Shown here: in pieces, positions 35,354 through 49,599 of the stretch
How the letters are laid out: each line of letters begins with the position of its first letter
How positions within the stretch are numbered: position 1 is the first letter of the stretch
Assembly (NCBI RefSeq): GCF_006345805.1
Contig: NC_043022.1
Span: forward strand, 3,906,001 to 3,970,000
Length of the DNA stretch: 64,000 bases
Direction of reading: 5' to 3'
DNA from: Octopus sinensis
Taxonomy: Eukaryota
Position numbers and translations under genes: made by a program
The notes under the pieces: generated by a model
Databases searched by the model: none
The model's input: the letters and a program-made list of their open reading frames with translations, nothing else
What the model was told of the DNA's origin: nothing

Positions 35354-38300
35354 ACGAAGCTTAACTGTTACTGGTGATGGGATCGAATGTGACTTTTTAG
35401 CCCATCAAAAGATCTACAATGTCTTGTAACAAAATTGGCAACTAAAACCTTTACCGGTAATAGCCGGTTGTAGTTCTAACTGGGCTTCATGTACCTTTAC
35501 ATGTCGTTTAAGTCCTCTCGCGGAATTACACTCTCTCCACATGCCCGACAGACATGATTAGTATGGTGTGTTACACCACCCAGTAGTCGGAGCGCAATCA
35601 TCTGGTCTCGCTTTAAAGTGTACACGATACTGCATGGGGCGGTTCTGAGGGCCGGGTCTTGCAGGAGGGGGAACACGTGAGGCCCTTCCCTTCGGCCCTG
35701 TTACAAATGCCCTTTGACATCCCTTCTTTCTCATGCAACTCAAGATTTCTCAAAAGTGGCTGTCCCCTCGGGTGTACAATCCTTCTCCACGTGCTACGAT
35801 CAATAGGTATGCCTTCCTATGTGTCACGAGAGATGCAACCATCTCTTAAGGAGCCTTCAGCAAGTCCTTATACCTCTTTTTTAGTTTATGTGGATGTCGT
35901 TCTCCTTTAGCTAACTCTCCATAAAAGAGTTGTTTTGGTATCCTTGAATCCTTCATCCTGACCAGATGACCAACCATCTGAACCTACATACATAAATACA
36001 TACATCCATCCATACATACATACATGCATGCATGCATACATACACACATACATACATACATACATACATACATACATACATACATACATACATAAGTACA
36101 TACATATATACATAAATACACACATACATACATACATACATACATACATACATACATACATACATACATACATACATACATACATAAATACATGCATAGG
36201 TAGATAGATAGATATAAATAGATAGATAGACAGACAGACAGACCAGCAATTAGCGTGGGGAAAGGAAGAAAGAGAAAGCTAGGAAGACAAATATATGAGT
36301 GTAGCAGTAAGTGAATTAATATGATAACAAAGTGGGTCCCCAAACAGATTGAAGCTCATGACCTACACCTGCGAAGAGGAAGGAGAGGAGGAGGTGGACG
36401 ACGACGAAGATTAAAGAAAATATGGAACAAATAATGTAAAATAATAACATACAAATGGTAAATTACAAAACGACAGCAAATAATTTAAAATAATCCTTTC
36501 TACCTTAAGGTACAAAGCCTGAAATTTGCAAGGAGGGGACTAGTTGATTACATCGACCCTAATGTTTCATTAACACTTAGTTTATCGACCCCGGAGGGAT
36601 GAAAGGCAAAGTCAACCTCGGGGAAATTTGAACTCAGAACGTAGACATGGGCAAAATAACGCTAAGCATTTAAGCCCGGTGTTGCTAACAATTCTGCCAA
36701 CTCGCCGCCTTACGAACTAATTAATTGGATATTAAAATAATTATCATTATTAAAAGAAATACAAATCATTAAACCGTCGGGGTTTTTGATTCAATATAAA
36801 ACTGTGTTGCAAAATATATTTGCAAATACTTTCATCAGTTTCAGTGACTTGACTTTGGGCAGAATGAAGCACGGTTCTGATGAAGTATTCATATACATAT
36901 AAGTGGAAGAAGCATCAGAAAGGTTTGGACCCTTGCAGAAATTGGGGAAGCTATTCAAGGGTATTGCGAGCCCTTCTTTTGAACCGATCACAATGTCAGA
37001 AGCCTTTCCGTACCACTATCAGGTTTTTCAAGATCACAAGCGTTTCACCCCTCAAACGTCTGAATGTGGCACCAAGTTCTGAATTAGTCTTTGCTTATGA
37101 AAGGTTTCCATCAGCGATCTCTGGTCAGACATTGTCACCTTCAGCAAGTTTCATTTGCCTTGTCCATCTTATTTGTGACATTCTTCGCTTATCTCTGTTC
37201 CAAACCAGTCCTCTGAGTAGATAAATGGGTGTGTGTCTGCATATGTGTCCACGTGTGTGTGTATATATGAATACATACTCACACACACAAATACATATAT
37301 GTGTATGAGTTGAGTGTGTGCATATGTGAAAAAGATAAAATATCCTTCACGGGACATATGCACAAAGGATCTGTCTCCCCTACACACACACTCGCACACC
37401 CTTCCCTTACGTGACGGCAGTCCATTGCAGGATTACCCTTTGTTTCTCACCTGAGTGGATCCGACAAACATGAAAGGCAATGTTTTGATGAAGACCACAA
37501 CGCCTCGCCCAGTCCAGAAATCGAAACTGCACTCTTACGATCATGAATGCAAAGCCCTAATCACACACATACACCCCCCCCCCGCCATACACACACACGT
37601 CACTAATGCTCCTATGCTTTCCTACAAACAACAACAACAAAAAATAAACATACGGGATCAAAGAATAAAATGGAAAGGGACAGGAATGTATATTTAGGAT
37701 AAATAAATCACCTTATAATGGTTGGCAAAGGGAAAGTTACTCTGGTGACTGGAAACTTTGGTTCTCTTCCAGACGGAATGTTTCGTCAGATACAGCAGTG
37801 GATGTCTATGAAAGCTGCGCCAGGGTGTGTTCACCTCTCTTTATATATCATCAGATATGTGCTTTTAGTAACTTGGAAGTTTAGTAGCAAAACGAAATTG
37901 AAAAGACAGGGAGGTGTCAAGCAGCAAAGAAGTCTATTGTTTGTTTTTGTAGCTTTTTGTTGATGTTTGTCTTGTCTGCTTTTGTATCGACCAGCCAATC
38001 GGGGAGAGGTGGTCGTGCAATGGTAAGAGTGGGAATATCACTTTGTGGGCCAGCGTATTGTTATATGCATTTACATTTCGTTTTTCATTGCAATATGATT
38101 TAAATTGTGCTGGTTAGCATGTATGTATGTGTGTGTGTGTATGTGTGTGTGTGTATGTGTGTGTGAGTGAGTGAGTGAGTGAGTGAGCGTGTTTGCTAGT
38201 CCAACATTCATGTAACGTTCCATTAAAGAGTCGCATATTACTTGCAATAAAGCACAAATAGGTTACACTGTCAGAGTGAATCTAAAAGCAACCAGGAGTG

Positions 38301-41096
38301 GGAGCAAGGATTGTCAGAGACGCTAGATGCAAGTGAACTGTGCTGGAAGGTTCTGCTCTGCAACAGCTGTTATTTCATTCAAAATAAAGCAGCAAATTTT
38401 GATCAGCAATTATAGTTAATTGATAAATTTCTCTATACACACACTTTGCATTGTCTCTCTGTCCGGCACTTTCCACTGCCCTTGGTGTAGGGCTTACATT
38501 TGGTTAAAATCTTCCAATGGATGTTGTAACTGACACCTTTATCTTTTAATGACCATATATGATTGGATAATTTTGTCGCTTTCCTTTTGTCCCAGTGCCT
38601 AAAACTCAAGGTGTGGTTATTGAACCTGGCCTTGAAATTACCCTCTGTAAGGCCTACATATTTCTTTGTTGAAATAGAGTCCACGGTAGCTTCGTTGATG
38701 AAGGTCTTGGACATGCAAGCTCCATTTAGCAGGCACAATTTTTTATTCCTGCATGAACCGCTGTTTTTGCATTGTGGTTTTTGTGTCTATGTGACATGGA
38801 ATGATGGCTTATCTGGAAAAGCAGTTTAGACCCTGCTACATCTCTAAACTCAAGGACAGAACTTTTCGGGTCATGCCCATATGTGACCAAATTTTTGTTA
38901 CGTTTTTGGTCCCCACAAGACTACAGATAGAACTTGCTTTCTATATTATGTCCACGCACAAGTTTTTTATCTCATTATACCTTTTACTTTTATTTTTTCA
39001 TATATTTATATATATATTATAGAGAGTTTGGTTTAAAGATATATTATTTTTTTACACATAATAATTTTTTTCTGTACTCTACCTTCCACCCTTCATTTTT
39101 CCTTGTGCCTATATAGATGTGTATATGGATTCAATTGTACGCGTGTGTGGATGTGTATGCGTGTGTGTAGGCATGTATGTATCTGTCAAGACCTACCAAA
39201 AACTGAGCAAGTATAAAGATCTTGAAATAGTAATTGGAAAAATGTGAAACCTCAAGACTAAAACAAGACCTGTTGTTGTGAGTGCCCTAAGAATGATAGC
39301 AAAAAGGGCTGGTGGCTCAGATGTCAGGAAATCCAAAAATAGATGAAATTAAAAAATACTGCTCATAGGAACTGCCCATATCCTGCGTAAATATTGTCTA
39401 TGTAATCCCCAATTTTATTAATCCGTAAACAGTGTCAAATTACTTTGAAATGTACATACGGCAATCACCTTTTACTGTCATCTTAACATCAGACAATCAT
39501 CTTCTAATCAAATTACTTTTAAAACAAATCTCTAATTTACTTTTGTTTTGACAGACATTCTCTAGAATAATACTCTGTACAAAACCAAATATGACATCCT
39601 AGGCATAACACCAACATGAACTTCTAACTTGTTGTCTCTTGAGGTCTCTGGGTGAGACTTGGAGCCAACTTGTACAAATACAAAGCTAAAGCCAAATATC
39701 TAATAATAATAATAATAATAATGGCTTCTGATCTTAACTGATTGGAAGTGTTATCATGTACATTGTTTTGCCTTGGTATAAAAGATGAGCTACAGCAAAT
39801 ATTCTGCTCAATACCACAGATTTGCTTGTCAGTTGTTTGACCTTAACTAGTTGAGCATGTCCCTTAGTGGCTGATGATATGTGCATCTCTGATCATGAGC
39901 AGACGTAGTGGGGGAGCATCATAGCCATGTGTTGAAAGGGATCCTTTGGGGTTTGAATAATTCACCTCTGAAAACATGGGTGTTTCGTTCAACATCCTTA
40001 AACAACCCTTATTCAGGGACCTTTTCGGTGGGATGGATTACTCAACCTGAAGAAAATTCTAATGGGCCCCACCTGTAAGGTCATGCAATGTTTGTCTTGG
40101 TATGAGATCACCATGTCGCGCACATATGGTTCTGATGCATGTGCCTGGTGTACCCTTATCGGACAGGTAGTCATGACGGGTATATTGGGCTTCGTATATT
40201 TTATCCCACTGTCACTTTGATGACTTGCACTGCTCTCTCACTTAATAATAATAATACCAATTAGCAAGTATTTAATTTGTAATCATTTGATTAATCTACG
40301 GATATATACTTATACTTATATGACCACTGGGCTGACTGACTTAGGGAATGTTTAGCCAATTAGCTGTTTAATTGCCTAGTCAGCTCACTGCTTAGGTGCT
40401 TTCGATGTTAGTTCAGAAGTTAGACTTGCGTCTTATAATCTCCCAATTTAGGTCACTTTTCTAGTCATTACCGTAATTATCATCCTTAATACCTTCCCTA
40501 ATTCTTCCAACGGAATCAATTCCTTTCATTGTCTTCTAATTTCACACTCCTATTTTATAAAGCTTTTGCACCATTTCCACACACACACACCCCAACCGCC
40601 TTAATTCCTCATTGTCTAAATAGTTTTAATGATACTGTTGGCATTGTTTATTCCTGAGCATGGTACTTGTGTATTAGTTTGGTTTATATATTATGTCCTA
40701 AGTATTTTGGGGTCCATTATAACATATACTACTTTTTCCATGCTTTTATTTAAAATAGGCTTGAAATTTCGTGGGACCAGTTGATTACATCTACCCTAGT
40801 GTCTGATGGTACTTATTTTGATTGACCCCGAAAGGATGAAAGGCAAAGTGGTCCTCGGCGGATTTTGAACTCAGAACATGAAGACGGACTAAATACCTAT
40901 TTCTTTATTGCTCACAAGGGGCTAAACATAGAGGGGACAAACAAGTACAGAGAAACGGATTAAGTCAATTACATCGACTCCAGTGCGTCACTGGTACTTA
41001 ATTTATCGACCCCGAAAAGATGAAAGGCAAAGTCGACCTTGGCTTAATTTCAACTCAGGACGCAGCGGCAGACAAAATACTGCTAAGCATTTCGCC
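35354..41096 (+). repeat. Segment B of the direct duplication of 9462-15392
   Basis: Colinear sequence; single 22-bp unit at about 38022; SINE head complete to about 41125. Confidence 0.95.
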
Positions 41097-42339
41097 CGGC
41101 GTGCTAACCATTCTGCCAGCTCGCCTCCTTTATACCAGCTTGCCGCCTTCACTGCCAGGGTTTCAGATTTGGCCCAAAATGACACTAAGCGTATCTGAAC
41201 ACAAAACGTAAGAAATTCATATTTAATCATTTATACATGGCAACCGGCGACCGGAGATACCAACAACAACAACAGGAGGAAGAAACACAGAGAGAGACGG
41301 CGGAAGGCAATTTGGCTTACATCTAACAACAGTTTATACAATTATTACAACATCAAATAAATCAAAGATACATCAGGTATACAACAAAGAAAACAACAAA
41401 TCAAAGCATTTAAACATGCAGATACAGTTCAATACATTTCAGATCAATTAATGTTCACGATACAGTCCAATGTTCAAATCACATTAAAGTCCTTCTCTTT
41501 CCTTTTTCAACACGTATCAACACAATTCACAATGTTCTTTATAATCTCTTTAGCACTGTTCTTTGTAACACATCAATTCTTTTACATTTCTTTTTCCTTC
41601 TTTTTTTCACATATCTGAACAAAGTAAACACATACCGTACAACAGCCAATGCCTTACACCGTAGTCCCTCTCTTTTCTAGCTCCGTAATACTATCTGCCT
41701 GTCTTCCTCTTTCCAGTCTACCATCACAGCAGAAACAACCTACTACTAACTTGCTCTGTCCTCAGCTGTCCCGTCTCGACTAGAGTTGCCGGCCGACTGT
41801 CTAACAGACTCACAGTTTCTGCTTTTTAGGGGTGTTTCCAACGAACTTTCTTTCACCTGAAAAGGGTCGCAGGTCTCCCCAAACTAATCAATCCACCTGA
41901 ATCTGACAGGACAATGGATTTATTCCAAAAGTAGGTCGCAACCACTGTCCTTAAATTGACCCATTCATAACAGTATTGATACTAACTATTTCCGATTGGT
42001 AGCCATTCACCGGAATTATGAAGTAGATGTCACTATACATTGCAGCGATTCAGCTTGATCCAAATTGATTGGGGCCCCCACTCATGCCAGCTCCTTACCT
42101 ATCCTGTCTATGATGTATCGCATGAGGTGGAGGTTGTCATGGATGAATTTGCATGAATGAATTTGCTTGGAATTGCGCATGTTTGCACATCACCAACCAA
42201 GCGGCGCGAGGCGATTTTCAAGATGGATTCAGATGTTCGACATAAACCTACTGGTCAGCAATGTCCGGGCACTGGACGAGTGCACGCAGGACCATCTCAT
42301 AGTCCTGCACGCTTCTTGGACATGATCGTCTGATGGCAC

Positions 42340-43060
42340 TTCTGTACGTTTATAGTTTATCTCGAAACAGTGGACCACTTAATCCTTGGATGTAAGGTCT
42401 TAGCACGTGTAGAGTACAAATCAAGACATGACAGAGCTGGCCAATATCTACACTGGATAATATGTCGGCATTATAAAAATCAAAACTACTGACAAATGGT
42501 ACAAGCACCATCCTGAGGCTGTAATGGAGGGAGAAAATCTAACGATTCTTTGAGACTTTCCAGTATGTACAAACAGGGCCATGAAAACTAATAAACTAGA
42601 TATTGTTGTGAAAGACCAAAACCATAAAGTCTGGGTTTTTTTTATTGACATGAGCATACCCTGTGATGATAATATCTCGGCATAAGAATTTGATAAGCTC
42701 AGAAAATATAAAGATTTACTGATTGAAATTGGAAAAAATGTGGCATCTCAAGACGGTTACAATACCAATAATTGTAGGGGCACTTGGAATGATCAAAAAA
42801 GGAACTGAAAATTATATGAGGATGATCCCTGGCTTACCATCCATGCTGGAAGTGCAAAAAATTGTCTTAAGTGATATGTCACACGTACTGAGAAGAGCAT
42901 TGTTGCTGTGAATTTTCAGTCCTTTCCCCATTATTTTCTCTGTTTTTTCTTTTTCCTTTTTTCCCGTTTTCCTCTGTCTTCCCTTGTTCTGTCACATGAC
43001 TTTGTAAATAAACAATCTGGTGTGTTTATTTTAATGGCCTACCAATGAATACATCGTCAT
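42340..43060 (+). mobile_element. 3' fragment of a second R4-like REL-LINE family, followed by (CAT)n
   Basis: ETVDHL..GC...EYK.RHD..GQYLHW; LDIVVKD; IDMSIP; KL.KYKDL; IPIIVGALGMI; VQKIVL. Confidence 0.85.
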
Positions 43061-43282
43061 CATCATCATCATCATCATCATCATTCGACATTTGATTTGT
43101 TTCAGACAAATTTTTACTGCATCACCTGCTGCACGTCTGCGTTGCTGAAGCGTGTGCAGCAGCATGTGTTGTTGTGTTGTTTTTCTATTATTTTTTTGTT
43201 GGTGGTGGAGTGCAAATACTTTCCCATGTCCCGTACTGCATCAGTTTGTTTTATAAACAAATGGTTCCTAAATTTTTGTTGA

Positions 43283-43795
43283 CCATAAATCTCCGAGTAT
43301 AGTCTGCCCTTGAGTATAATATGCAGGGGATTTTTAGGGAGTTGTACCTCTGAAAAACCTAATCCTTGTGTATAATGCGCACCCCTTCTCTAACTTGAGT
43401 TGTGTGTAATTAAGCCAGAAGCACCTAGTTGAACAAACACTTCCACACATGCGTAATAGAATAATGGTGATGTTCTTAACTATTATATGGGAATGTAAAT
43501 ATGTTTGCAAATTGTTTTTGTTATATGTTATTCTGTGTTCTGAATACTTTTATTTTAATAAATGTTGCTTACTGCAAGTTATAGATAATTCTTCATTGCT
43601 TTCAGGCTTAGCTTAAGATATTTTCGCGCCTGACATCACAAAATGCATCTGAATAAACATTGCCGGACAGCAAATAAACACTCGGACATTGCTTAGAAAA
43701 TATTTATCACTTTTAACCTCGTATATAGTACGCACTAGGGATTTTGACCATTAAATTTTGGGGAAAAAATGCGGATTATCCTCGAGGATTTACAG
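43283..43795. mobile_element. pogo/Tigger-like MITE with decayed TIRs
   Basis: Left CCATAAATCTCCGAGTATAGTCTGC vs right-end reverse complement CTGTAAATCCTCGAGGATAATCCGC; TA follows the right end. Confidence 0.6.
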
Positions 43796-44087
43796 TATAC
43801 GTTTTTATCATACCCAATGCTCCAATTATTACTGGTCACCTGCTGAAATGCCCTTGCTGGTCAGGATAGTCAGGATGTGAGGCGTTCCTCGGCTATCCTT
43901 GAAAGGACTTCCCGCTTTTCGACAATTTTTATTGATTGACTTTATTAATTGTTATTGTTATTTATTTTATACACAATATTGCACCAAACCCCACTTATCC
44001 CTTGTGTTGTATTGTCTGTATTTGTTTTGTGTTTGGCGTTTGCAGCCAATAAAAAAAACATTATTACTACTACTACTATTATTATTG

Positions 44088-44154
<67 letters not shown>

Positions 44155-44166
44155 TATTATTATTAT

Positions 44167-45425
44167 TCTATGTTTGACTTTTGCTTTATGTCTGTACAAG
44201 TTGGCTCCAAGTCTCACCCAGAGACCTCAAGAGACAACAGGTTGGAAGTTCTGTGCCATATATTTGGTTTTTTTTTTTTTTTGGTGTTGTACTAGTGAAT
44301 GTCTAATACATAAAAATAAAAAATAAATAAATAAATAAATAAATAAAAAAAATAAATAAATAAATGAATAAACAAAAAAGTTTGTTTTAAACCTTGGGAT
44401 TACATAGAGAGTATTTTGCGTAGGATATGAGCAGTTCCCATGAGCACTATCTTTTGAATTTCTGCCATTTTGGGGTTTCCTGGTATCTGAGTTAGGTAGC
44501 AATCAGTCCCTTTTGCTATCATTCCCAGGGCACCTATGACAACAGGTATTGTTTTAGTCTTCAGCTTCCACATTTTGCTGATTTCTATTTCAAGATCTTT
44601 ATATTTGCTCAGTTTTTGGTAGGTCTTGACAGATACGTTTATATCGATTGGGACAGTCATATCAATGAGGAGGCATGTTCTTTGTCTGAAGTCTTTCAAT
44701 ATAATGTCTGGCCTATTTGCATCTAACTTCCTGTCAGTTTGAATGGTGAAGTTCCAGAGGAGTGAGATGTGGTCAGTTTCAAGCACAGGAGGTGGATTGT
44801 GTTTCCACCATTTTTTTCATGGGCAAATCCAGGTTTTTGCAAATTACCCCGTGAATATATTGTGCAGCTCTATCATGCCTACTGAGATATTCTGTAGGCG
44901 CTAGAAGACTGCATTGGAGACAACATGGTCAATGGTTTCATTTTGTGTTGGCATACACGACATGTTGGGCTACTGCCGTTCTTTAATATGTTGGCCTGGT
45001 AGTTTCTTGTTGGTAGGCATTGATCTTGAGCTGCTATGATAAACCCCTTCTGTTTCAGATTTTAAGCCAGAGGCCATTAGCCATTGATGGGTCAGGGCTT
45101 TGTCGATATCTGCATTATTCGCTCTCTTGGGTATTTGCCATAAGAGGTTTTTCTTGCCATTTATTATTCAGAATATCTAAGGCCGCAGTTTTGGCACGGG
45201 TTTTTCATGCTCCTAGCTTTTTCTGGCTTGTTTCTTGTATGTCTATCTCTAATTCCGAAATTGGTTGTATTCGGAATTCACTTAGATATTCCTTTGCCTG
45301 TTTTGGTGACTGAGTATGATGCTTTCTTGTTTTCATGTTTTGAGACAAGTTTTAACATCCAGTCCCCAGAGTTTTTCAGGTAGGTGTCTAGGCCAATTGT
45401 AGCAATCTTCATTGTTATTGCCAGT
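44167..45425 (-). mobile_element. 5'-truncated copy of the 17581 R4/Dong family, (ATT)n on both sides
   Basis: Near-identical to 20000-21247 including the REL motif RPDIILKDF..LLIDMTVP and the 3' UTR. Confidence 0.93.
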
Positions 45426-45430
45426 TATTA

Positions 45431-45474
<44 letters not shown>

Positions 45475-45948
45475 TTATTCAGTAGTCTCATTTTCATAAT
45501 GTGCTTTCACTTCACTACCGAGCGCAGCTCTGTGTACCTTGGGTATGTGCTGTGATTTGTTGTGATGCTCTTAGTGTTTTATGTAGGATGTATTTTATCC
45601 TTTCGGGTGTCAATAAATTAAGTACTAATTGTGTACTGGGGAGTCAATATAATCGACTATCCCCCTCCCTCAAATTTTAGGCCTTGTGCCTATAGTAGAA
45701 ATTGTTGTTGTTGTTGTTATTATTATTATTAAGGCGGCGAGTTGGCTGAATCGTTACCGCTTAATGGCATTTCATCTGACTTTACATTCTGGCTCAAATT
45801 CAGTGGAGGTCAACTTTGCCTTTCATTCTTTTGGGGGTCAATAAAATAAGAGCCAGTGCATTACTGGGGGTCGATGTAATCCACTATCCACCCTCCCTCA
45901 AAATTTCAGGCCTTGTGCCTATAGAAGAAAGGATTATCGTTATTATTG

Positions 45949-46008
<60 letters not shown>

Positions 46009-46439
46009 GCCAGCTCTGTCTGGCACCTGTGCGGTGGCACGTAAAAGCACCCACTACACTCACGGAGTGGTTGGCGTTAGGAAGGGCATCCAGCCGTAGA
46101 AACCACTGCCAGATCTGACTAGGCCTGGTGCAGCCTTCTGGCTTCCAGACCCCAGTTGAACCGTCCAACCATGCTAGCATGGAAAACGGATGCTAACGAT
46201 GATGATTATTATTATTATATTATTATTATTATTATTAAGGCAGAATCGTTAGCACTCCGGGCAAAATGCTTAGCAGTATTTCGTCCATCTTTACGTTCTT
46301 AGTTCATATTCTGCCGAGTTCGACTTTGCGTTTCAGGTGTCGGTGAAATAAGTACCAGTTATGAATTGAGGTCGATGTAATCGACTTTTCCCAAAATTTC
46401 ACGCCTTGAGTTTATAGTAGAAAAGATTATTGCTATCGC

Positions 46440-46840
46440 TGTTCTTGTTCAACATGTGGTAGTTTAAGGCCAATTTTTACTGCACCTCCATGTTTCTGAG
46501 GTTTCTGCAGCATTGTCTGTTCCTCTTCTGCTGTAGAGATTGTGCAAACTCTTCCCGGTATTCTATTGCATCAGTTTTTCTTTTCTTTTTGAGGTGTAGT
46601 GCTGACTTTTGCTGTATTAGTGTTTGTATTGTGTGTTATGCATGTAATGTGTTGGGTACTCGGACTGCTGGTGGTAGTTTATTTCATTGGATATTTGCTG
46701 TACAGAGTGTCTTGTCTTCGTGAATTGATTTGTTTAGGTTGCATTATTGAGTTGATAGTGTCTTGCATAGGATGTGGCTGTTCCTAGCAGAGCTATTTTT
46801 TGGATAGTGTGTAGTGTAGAGGATCCAGGTTTAGCCTCTA
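46440..46840 (-). mobile_element. 3' end of a third R4-like family
   Basis: IQK.ALLGTA(H)IL.KTLS relic followed by a distinct 3' UTR. Confidence 0.55.
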
Positions 46841-47065
46841 AAAGCATAATGTTTGCAATCATGATAATGATGCTTACATATTATAGACAATAATTATATT
46901 TTTCAATGTTACATCATAATTAAGTATCAATTATACGAAACATACTTTTATAACATATCATACATAATATACATTAAATATACACTCCTCTGTGTGTGTG
47001 TGTGTATACATAAATATATATATATATGTGTATATATATATATATATATAATATATATATATAAT

Positions 47066-47108
<43 letters not shown>

Positions 47109-47148
47109 TATATATAGTGTTGTCTGGATGTTTGTGTTTGGAAATATA

Positions 47149-47154
47149 TTTATT
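47149..47154 (-). promoter_or_regulatory. Candidate polyadenylation signal (AATAAA) of the ZMYND12-like gene
   Basis: TTTATT on + strand, about 30 nt downstream of the inferred stop; the region is AT-rich so a chance match is possible. Confidence 0.35.
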
Positions 47155-47183
47155 ATTTTCGTATTTCGTTAGACATTACCAGG

Positions 47184-47300
47184 TTAGAAATAAACCTTTT
47201 TTTCGCAGGATTCTACCAAATCTTCGGCTCGAACCAGCAGAGCTTCACAGTCTGGGATAGATTTCAGGAACATCGCTGTTTTCTTAGCACTGGCATAGGC
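47184..47300 (-). CDS. ZMYND12: ZMYND12-like terminal coding exon: AYASAKKTAMFLKSIPDCEALLVRAEDLVESCEKKVYF*
   Basis: TTCCAG acceptor, phase 0, 117 nt including TAA; AATAAA on the minus strand at 47149-47154 about 30 nt after the stop; length fits the ZMYND12 last exon but similarity is weak. Confidence 0.68.
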   Translation of the reverse strand, partial: AYASAKKTAMFLKSIPDCEALLVRAEDLVESCEKKVYF

Positions 47301-47816
47301 CTGGAATGATTTTTCAGAAAATTTTCAATAAAAATTTCAAAATTAGCAAATAAAATTGAGTATATATATACATAGATATACATACATACATACATACACA
47401 CATACATATATACATGCATGCATGCATGCATGCATACATACATACATACATACATACATACATACATACATACATACATACATACATACATACATACATA
47501 AATACATACATACATACATTTATTTCACGTTGCTCCAGTTTACTCGGGTGTAGAAATGATTGTGATGTCACTGGTGCCAAGCTGTATCGGCCCCTTTGCC
47601 TTTCCCTTGGATAGCATCAGTGGCATGGAGAGGGGAGGTTCATAAGCATGGGCGATTATTGGTCTTTCACAAACAACCTTGCCTGGACTTGTGCCTTAGA
47701 GGGGAGACTTTCTAGGTGCAATACTATGGTCATTGATAACTGAAAGGGGCCTTTACCCTTTACCTTTTTACATACATACATACATACATATATACACACA
47801 CCTTATCCATTCGTAT

Positions 47817-47887
<71 letters not shown>

Positions 47888-47984
47888 ACATACATACATG
47901 CAGTCCCGGTCAGGACGAATGTTACTGTTGTTTAGCCCCAAGCAGCATCGTCTCCAGCTGGCTATACAACACAATATCTGTCAT

Positions 47985-48450
47985 CATCATCATCATCATC
48001 ATCGTTTAACGTCCGTTCTCCATGCTACCATGGGTTGGACGGTTCGACCGGGGATCTGGGAAGCCAGAAGGCTGCACCAGGCTCCAGTCTTATCTGGCAA
48101 TGTTTCTACAGCTGGATGCCCTTCCTAACACCAACCACTCCGTGAGTGTAGTGGGTGCTTTTTAGGTGCCACCTGCACAGGTGCCAGGCGAGGCTGGCAA
48201 CGGCCATGGTCGGATTGGTGTATTTTATGTGCCACCGGCACGGAAGCCAGTCGAGGCGGCGCTGGCATCGGCCACGAGTCGGATGGTGCTTTTTACGTGC
48301 CACCAACACGGAAGCCAGTCGAGGCGGCGCTGGCATCGGCCACGAGTCGGATGGTGCTTTTTACGTGCCACCAACACGGAAGCCAGTAAGGCGGCGCTGG
48401 CATCGGCCACGAGTCGGATAGTGCTTTTTACGTACCGCCAGTCCAGGGGT
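47985..48450 (-). mobile_element. SINE/LINE-tail repeat ending in (GAT)n, with a 68-bp internal tandem x4 (family copies at 6500-6800, 30385-30625, 32000-32280, 46010-46205, 49260-49760)
   Basis: TTTCTACAGCTGGATGCCCTTCCTAACGCCAAC motif; CGGAAGCCAG at 48241, 48309, 48377. Confidence 0.8.
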
Positions 48451-48565
48451 CCTGGCTGATTTTCGAACAAGGGAGTCCAGTGCCCCTCCCCCCTCGCCAC
48501 AAAGCTTTGTAGGTTGGAAGAATGAAAAGTTAATTTTCATTTAAAAAAATCTGGCTGTTACTTAC

Positions 48566-48711
48566 TTCCCTCAACTTTGAGAGGACAAACAGATGCATCG
48601 ATTTGCAATAGGCCAGTTTCCCACTGTAATAGGACTGGCCCTCGCCTGTGCTCTCCCACCAACCTCCAATGCTTTCAAAGTACATTGTGGCCTCTGCTGA
48701 GTCAGCTTCAT
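48566..48711 (-). CDS. ZMYND12: ZMYND12-like exon, phase 1 to 0: EADSAEATMYFESIGGWWESTGEGQSYYSGKLAYCKSMHLFVLSKLRE
   Basis: TAG acceptor, GTAAGT donor, 146 nt open; EADSAEA corresponds to ZMYND12 EAQEAEA. Confidence 0.8.
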
Positions 48712-49554
48712 CTAGTTTAAAAAGAAAAAAAAAATGGCGGTGCCCCAGCATGGCCACAGCTCATTAGCTGAAACTGGAAAATTCAAAAAATCAAAATCAT
48801 TCCTTTTCAATAAACTACAGTCACTCGTCACGCTGTGCAAGTCCTTTCATTCTTTCATTTGTTTCAGTGACTGTGGCCATGCTGGAGCACCGCTGTTAGT
48901 CGAGCAAATCGACCCCCAGAAATTATTCTTTGTAAGACTATTAACTTATCTTATCGGTCTCTTTTGCCGAACCGCTATGTTACGGGGACGTAAACACGCC
49001 AGCATCGGTTGTCAAGCGATGTTGGGGGGGGGGGACAAACGCAGACACACAAACACACGCATGTATACACACACACACACACATATGACGGGCTTCTTTC
49101 AGTTTCCATCTACCAAATCCACTCACAAGGCTTCGGTCGGCCTGAGGCAATAGTAGAAGCAATCTACTTACCACACAGTCACTCCTGCACCTGTTGTTTA
49201 TTTTTCTATTCATCATCATCATCCTCATCATCCTCATCATCCTCATCATCACCATCAAAATCGTCATTTAGTGTCCCTTTTCCCATGCTGCCATGGGTTG
49301 AACAGTTTGACAAGAACACAGTCGAGCCCAATGGCTCTGCCAGGTCCTGGACCTGCTCCAGCGTGGTTTCTAAAGCTTGACACCCTTCCTAATGCCAACC
49401 ACTTAATAGAGTGAACTAGCATGGGGGGGGAGGGTGCTTTTTTACATAGCACCAGCACTGGTAAGGTTACTAAGTACCCCCCCCCAAGACAAGACCACCT
49501 CAAAACTGAGCAGGGTAGAGATCAGAGGAATGAAAAGAGAACAGCAGGTGTCTT

Positions 49555-49599
<45 letters not shown>

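Noticed and set aside
41225-42000. Solo LTR
   Set aside because: Composition is suggestive but I could not identify matching TG...CA termini or a TSD
47205-47262. Minus-strand CTGTGA-AGCTC...GAGC-CGAAGA resembling a decayed hammerhead
   Set aside because: It lies in frame within the inferred last coding exon of the ZMYND12-like gene, and the core is incomplete
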